Shown here piece by piece: positions 60,790-64,000 of a stretch of 64,000 nt of DNA. Positions within the stretch are counted from its first letter, which is position 1; every line of letters begins with the position of its first letter. A program made the position numbers and the translations under genes. The DNA comes from Chara braunii (taxonomy: Eukaryota; Plantae; Charophyceae), in NCBI GenBank assembly GCA_003427395.1, contig BFEA01000004.1, positions 6,377,708 to 6,441,707 of the forward strand. The letters run 5' to 3'. The notes beneath the pieces were generated by a model, which was given only the letters and a program-made list of their open reading frames with translations, was not told the DNA's origin and searched no databases.

Positions 60790-61156
60790 TTTTGACCCCG
60801 TGGGGGTAACGAAGTTTTGCCGAAATTTTTCGTTTTTTTCATACTTAGTCTTTTTTCAGCACATCTTGACCCCTTGGGGGTAGTGAAGTGCTGACAAAAT
60901 CTTCTTATTTTACTCAGTCTTTTTCTTGACGGCACACTTCGACCCCATGGGGGTAACGAAATGTTGCCGAAATTTATGAAAAATTCCAAAACTTAGCTTC
61001 TCTTCACTCTCCTACACCTCCGTATTTATTTATTTATTTATTTTTTTGAAAAATTTAATTTGCGGCATTTTAAAAGTTAGTGTGTCCCTCTTGCACTTTC
61101 CTTCCTCTTCGCACATTTTTGATCCCATGCGGAGTGGGAAAATGTTGCTGAAAATT
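60790..61156 (+). repeat. Four copies of TTGACCCC.TGGGGGTAACGAA.T.TTGCCGAAA in the leader
   Basis: Copies at about 60791, 60866, 60938 and 61119. Confidence 0.85.
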
Positions 61157-61346
61157 CCAAAAAAATAAATATTCTCTCTCTTCTCAATCTTTACATTTTA
61201 TCTATTTATTTATTTTTACTTATTCTTTTATTTTATTTTTATCTCAAATATCCACTGTTTACTCTATTCTCCCTCCCCTCCACATTTATTATTTTCTTTT
61301 TTTGATTAGGACGCCGCCACCTTCCCCTAACCACCTAAACTCCGGT

Positions 61347-61383
61347 TAGGGTTTCCTTAGGGTTTTTTTAGGGTTTAGGGTTT
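61347..61383. promoter_or_regulatory. Cluster of four telo-box motifs (TAGGGTTT)
   Basis: TAGGGTTT at 61347, 61358, 61369 and 61376, about 230 nt upstream of the gag start. Confidence 0.6.
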
Positions 61384-61602
61384 CCCTAACCCCACCTACT
61401 CTCCCACCTCCTTCCGTCGGGCACCCTGGACCCGAACGGCTCCTCTCCCCTAGACCGGATTCGCGCCACCATCTCACGCGCGACCCGTTGGTCACGGGGC
61501 GAGCCGACCCACGACTACCCACNCNGCTCCCGCGGTNCTCTCCCTCTCACCGGTGGTCCTCTGTCCCCATNCCACAACCCATATCTNNCCCCACCTCCCA
61601 CC

Positions 61603-63659
61603 ATGTCTACCTCTCTTCCTCCACCATCCACGGANATGGCTACAGTGGAGGAGATCGTTGCGGTGCCATCCACCTCTCAGGCGTCCACCCACCCCACGGT
61701 CCAGGGTCAGCATGGTGTGGACCCCACGGACCTTCGCGTTGTTCTTGCGTCCCTCCTTGCACCTCTGCAAGCGCGACTCGATGCGCTTGCACCCCCGGAG
61801 ATGCAAGCTAATGCGCTCGCCCTTGAAGTTCACCCCTCATCGGACCCCCCACCGCTCTCAGACCCCATCGCCTACGAGCTTGGAGTTTGACTCTCCACGA
61901 CGCCAGAGACGGAGACGCGGCGGTTCGTCCTCATCTGCGGGCCAGGCCCAACACTCCCCCGCCCCAGTGGTGAGTGTCGCTGCCGCCCAGACCACACCAT
62001 CTGTGGCGGTACACCCATCGGTCGCCGTCGCCTTCGCCATCCTTGCCGCTTCGGCCACCGCCGGATGTGCTGTCGCCCAGATACCGACATCGGGCCAGGC
62101 AGTCTCATCTACCCACCCCGGTGCTGCGTCGCAGCTTCCTGCACCAGTTACGGTACTTCGGCCTGGAGTTCTTTCTCTCCCTACTAGGGCACTCCCTCCG
62201 CCTCCTCCACCCCCGACCCCGTGCACCCAGCAAGTGGCTACCCTACAAGCCATTGTGGCGCAGCTCCTGGCGGAGATTCTCTCCCTTAGACAACCTCACC
62301 CTCCACAGGCTGCGCACCCTTCTTCTTCTTACACCGTCCCTCCCACCACTGTCTTGTCGGCTCACTTCCCTCGACCAGCTTCCCCCCCTCTACCCTCCTA
62401 CCTTGCTACTCCGTCACAGTCAGCTGCGGCCGTTACTTCCACGCCCGCTGGACCTTCCACCAGCGGTCCCGGCTCACCGCCAACCCCCACTTCTACCTCT
62501 GCACCAACTCCGACATTTTTCGCCGTAGTGCAGACCCATCAGCCCTTCCCCTCGCCGCCACCACAACAGTCGCACCCTTGTGCGTCTGTCACACATACCC
62601 GACTACGATGGTACGATGCGTGTGTCGCACTGGTTACAGGCTGCCACACGTGCGCTGACACTGACTAATACTAGTCAGGACTTGTGGTGTTCCGCCCTCG
62701 CAACTAAATTGCGAGGCAGTGCATTCTCCGCTTGGGAGAACTATTATACCCATCGTACTCGTGCAGGTGAGGCGCCCACTCTCGCGGATTTCACCGCGTT
62801 CCTCCACGACCGCTACGGCACCCTCCACGATGCGACCGACGCCCTAGACCGGGTCACCCAGACGCAGTGGCGCGGGTCCTCCACACCCTCCGATCTTGAG
62901 CGTCACATCAGAGTGTTCCAGGACGCCCGCCTCATTTGCGATGAGACACTCCTACCTAAGGCCCTTTTGATCAACAGGTTCGTAGTCAGTCTCCCGACTG
63001 ACTACCGTATTGAGCTCTGGCGACAGAGCTTCGCCTCCGCCGAGCAAGCCTACGAGGCTGCTCGACAGTATCAAAAGATGCGGAATTGCTTCTCCGACAC
63101 TCCATCTTCTTCGCGATCCACCGCCGCCGCCACCCAGTCACGTGGTGCTACCCGCGATCGATCCTCCTTCGCTGGCCGGTTTCGTCGACCAGCCCACCCT
63201 GGAGCGCCATTCTCTCGGCGCTACAACTCTCTGGAGTACGGCGAGGACGCCTCGGTCGAGTTTGACCCTACCCTTGGGGACGCCCCCTAGGACATCGAGC
63301 TACGAGACGTCATCCAGTATCACTTGGATGACGACATTGTTCCGGTGGCCGAGCGCTTGCTGATGGCCATGTCTGCCATGGGTCGTGCTCGTAGCCGGGT
63401 TGCACAGGCTGGCGCCCGCACACCCACGGTTCCTCAGATAGACCTCCCGCAGGGTTATGTCCCTCCTTGCGGAGCCCTATCCCCTGAGGAGCGTGCAGCC
63501 CTCGAGGCCCGGCGCGGCTGCCTTTGTTGCCGCCTAGATGGACACACCTCCTCACGGTGTCCATACCATACCGCCCTCGATCGGCACTACGCTGACATCT
63601 CTCGTCAGCGTCGATCTGAGTCCCCCCCCGGCCCCGCCCGACCAACCCCATCCACCTAG
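61603..63659 (+). pseudogene. gag: Disrupted Ty3/gypsy gag (Pro/Ser/Thr-rich N-terminus, capsid, CCHC zinc knuckle)
   Basis: 62580-63290 IPDYDG..VSHWL..LATKLRGSAFSAW..TLADFTAFLHDRYG..LLINRFVVSLP is Gag-capsid-like; the same frame continues past TAG 63288 to LSPEERAALEARRGCLCCRLDGHTSSRC (CX2CX4HX4C); upstream frameshifts near 61870 and 62575. Confidence 0.88.
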
Positions 63660-64000
63660 CCACGATGCACGGTGCCCCTGAGGCCTCGCACGTAGCCGGC
63701 TTCCCGACCATCGAGTCGCTGTTTGCCCCTCTGGCTACCCCACCAGAGGACCCTCAGGACACGACAGACGCAGTTCTCTCCGCCCCATCGTCTGTCGAGG
63801 TACCGTCTGCCTCCCAACAGACCACCGCATCTAGCGCTTCTCCCTCGAGACTTCCGACGCGTCGCGCCATTCGCACAGCCCGTTGTAGCGCTCAGCTGGC
63901 GACTCGCGATGACGTTGTGTCATCTCTCCTGGACTTGAGCATTCTGCAGGCTCGTCAGGAGCGCCTCACGAGACACATTACATCAACGTCCTGCGTCGTC

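Larger units (their letters stand above)
59348..64000 (+). mobile_element. Ty3/gypsy-like LTR retrotransposon (5' LTR, leader, gag), truncated by the window end
   Basis: Abrupt start TGTAATCCCG about 60 nt after the other element's PBS; TATA-like run at 59570; candidate LTR ends near 60230 or before TGGTATCA at 60299; AT-rich leader; gag downstream. LTR limits are uncertain. Confidence 0.65.

Noticed and set aside
61347-61383. True telomere or interstitial telomeric array
   Set aside because: Only four irregularly spaced units; recorded as telo-box-like motifs.

Overview
Eukaryotic, almost entirely repeat-derived window with seven N-gaps and many (GA)n/(GT)n microsatellites. I see no intact host gene, no CRISPR-Cas locus and no intact rRNA or tRNA gene. 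The plant-type U6 fragments, tRNA-Asp and tRNA-iMet primer binding sites, telo-boxes and overall style suggest a green-lineage genome, possibly a charophyte alga such as Chara (inference only). Main contents: (1) three related, non-coding retroelement-like copies (about 11.0-17.3 kb on +; 18.3-22.2 kb and 22.3-26.1 kb on -); two of them carry arrays of stem-loops in which a copy-specific ~18-20 nt loop is held constant while the stems vary and often still pair; (2) a non-autonomous Ty3/gypsy-like element on - (about 28.7-41.6 kb) with ~5 kb LTRs, a tRNA-Asp PBS and a decayed gag, whose LTRs carry rearranged 28S rRNA domain V pieces (both LTRs) and a U6 snRNA 3'-half (visible in one LTR; the other has a gap there); (3) a cluster of PIF/Harbinger-type MITEs at 51.0-53.4 kb, two of them sharing one TTA; (4) several minisatellites, one an array of E2F-like and AACGG motifs; (5) a second U6-derived fragment at 54.7 kb; (6) a nested Ty3/gypsy element with a disrupted gag (capsid plus CCHC knuckle) running off the right end. 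All alignments were made by eye, so boundaries are approximate unless the termini are quoted.
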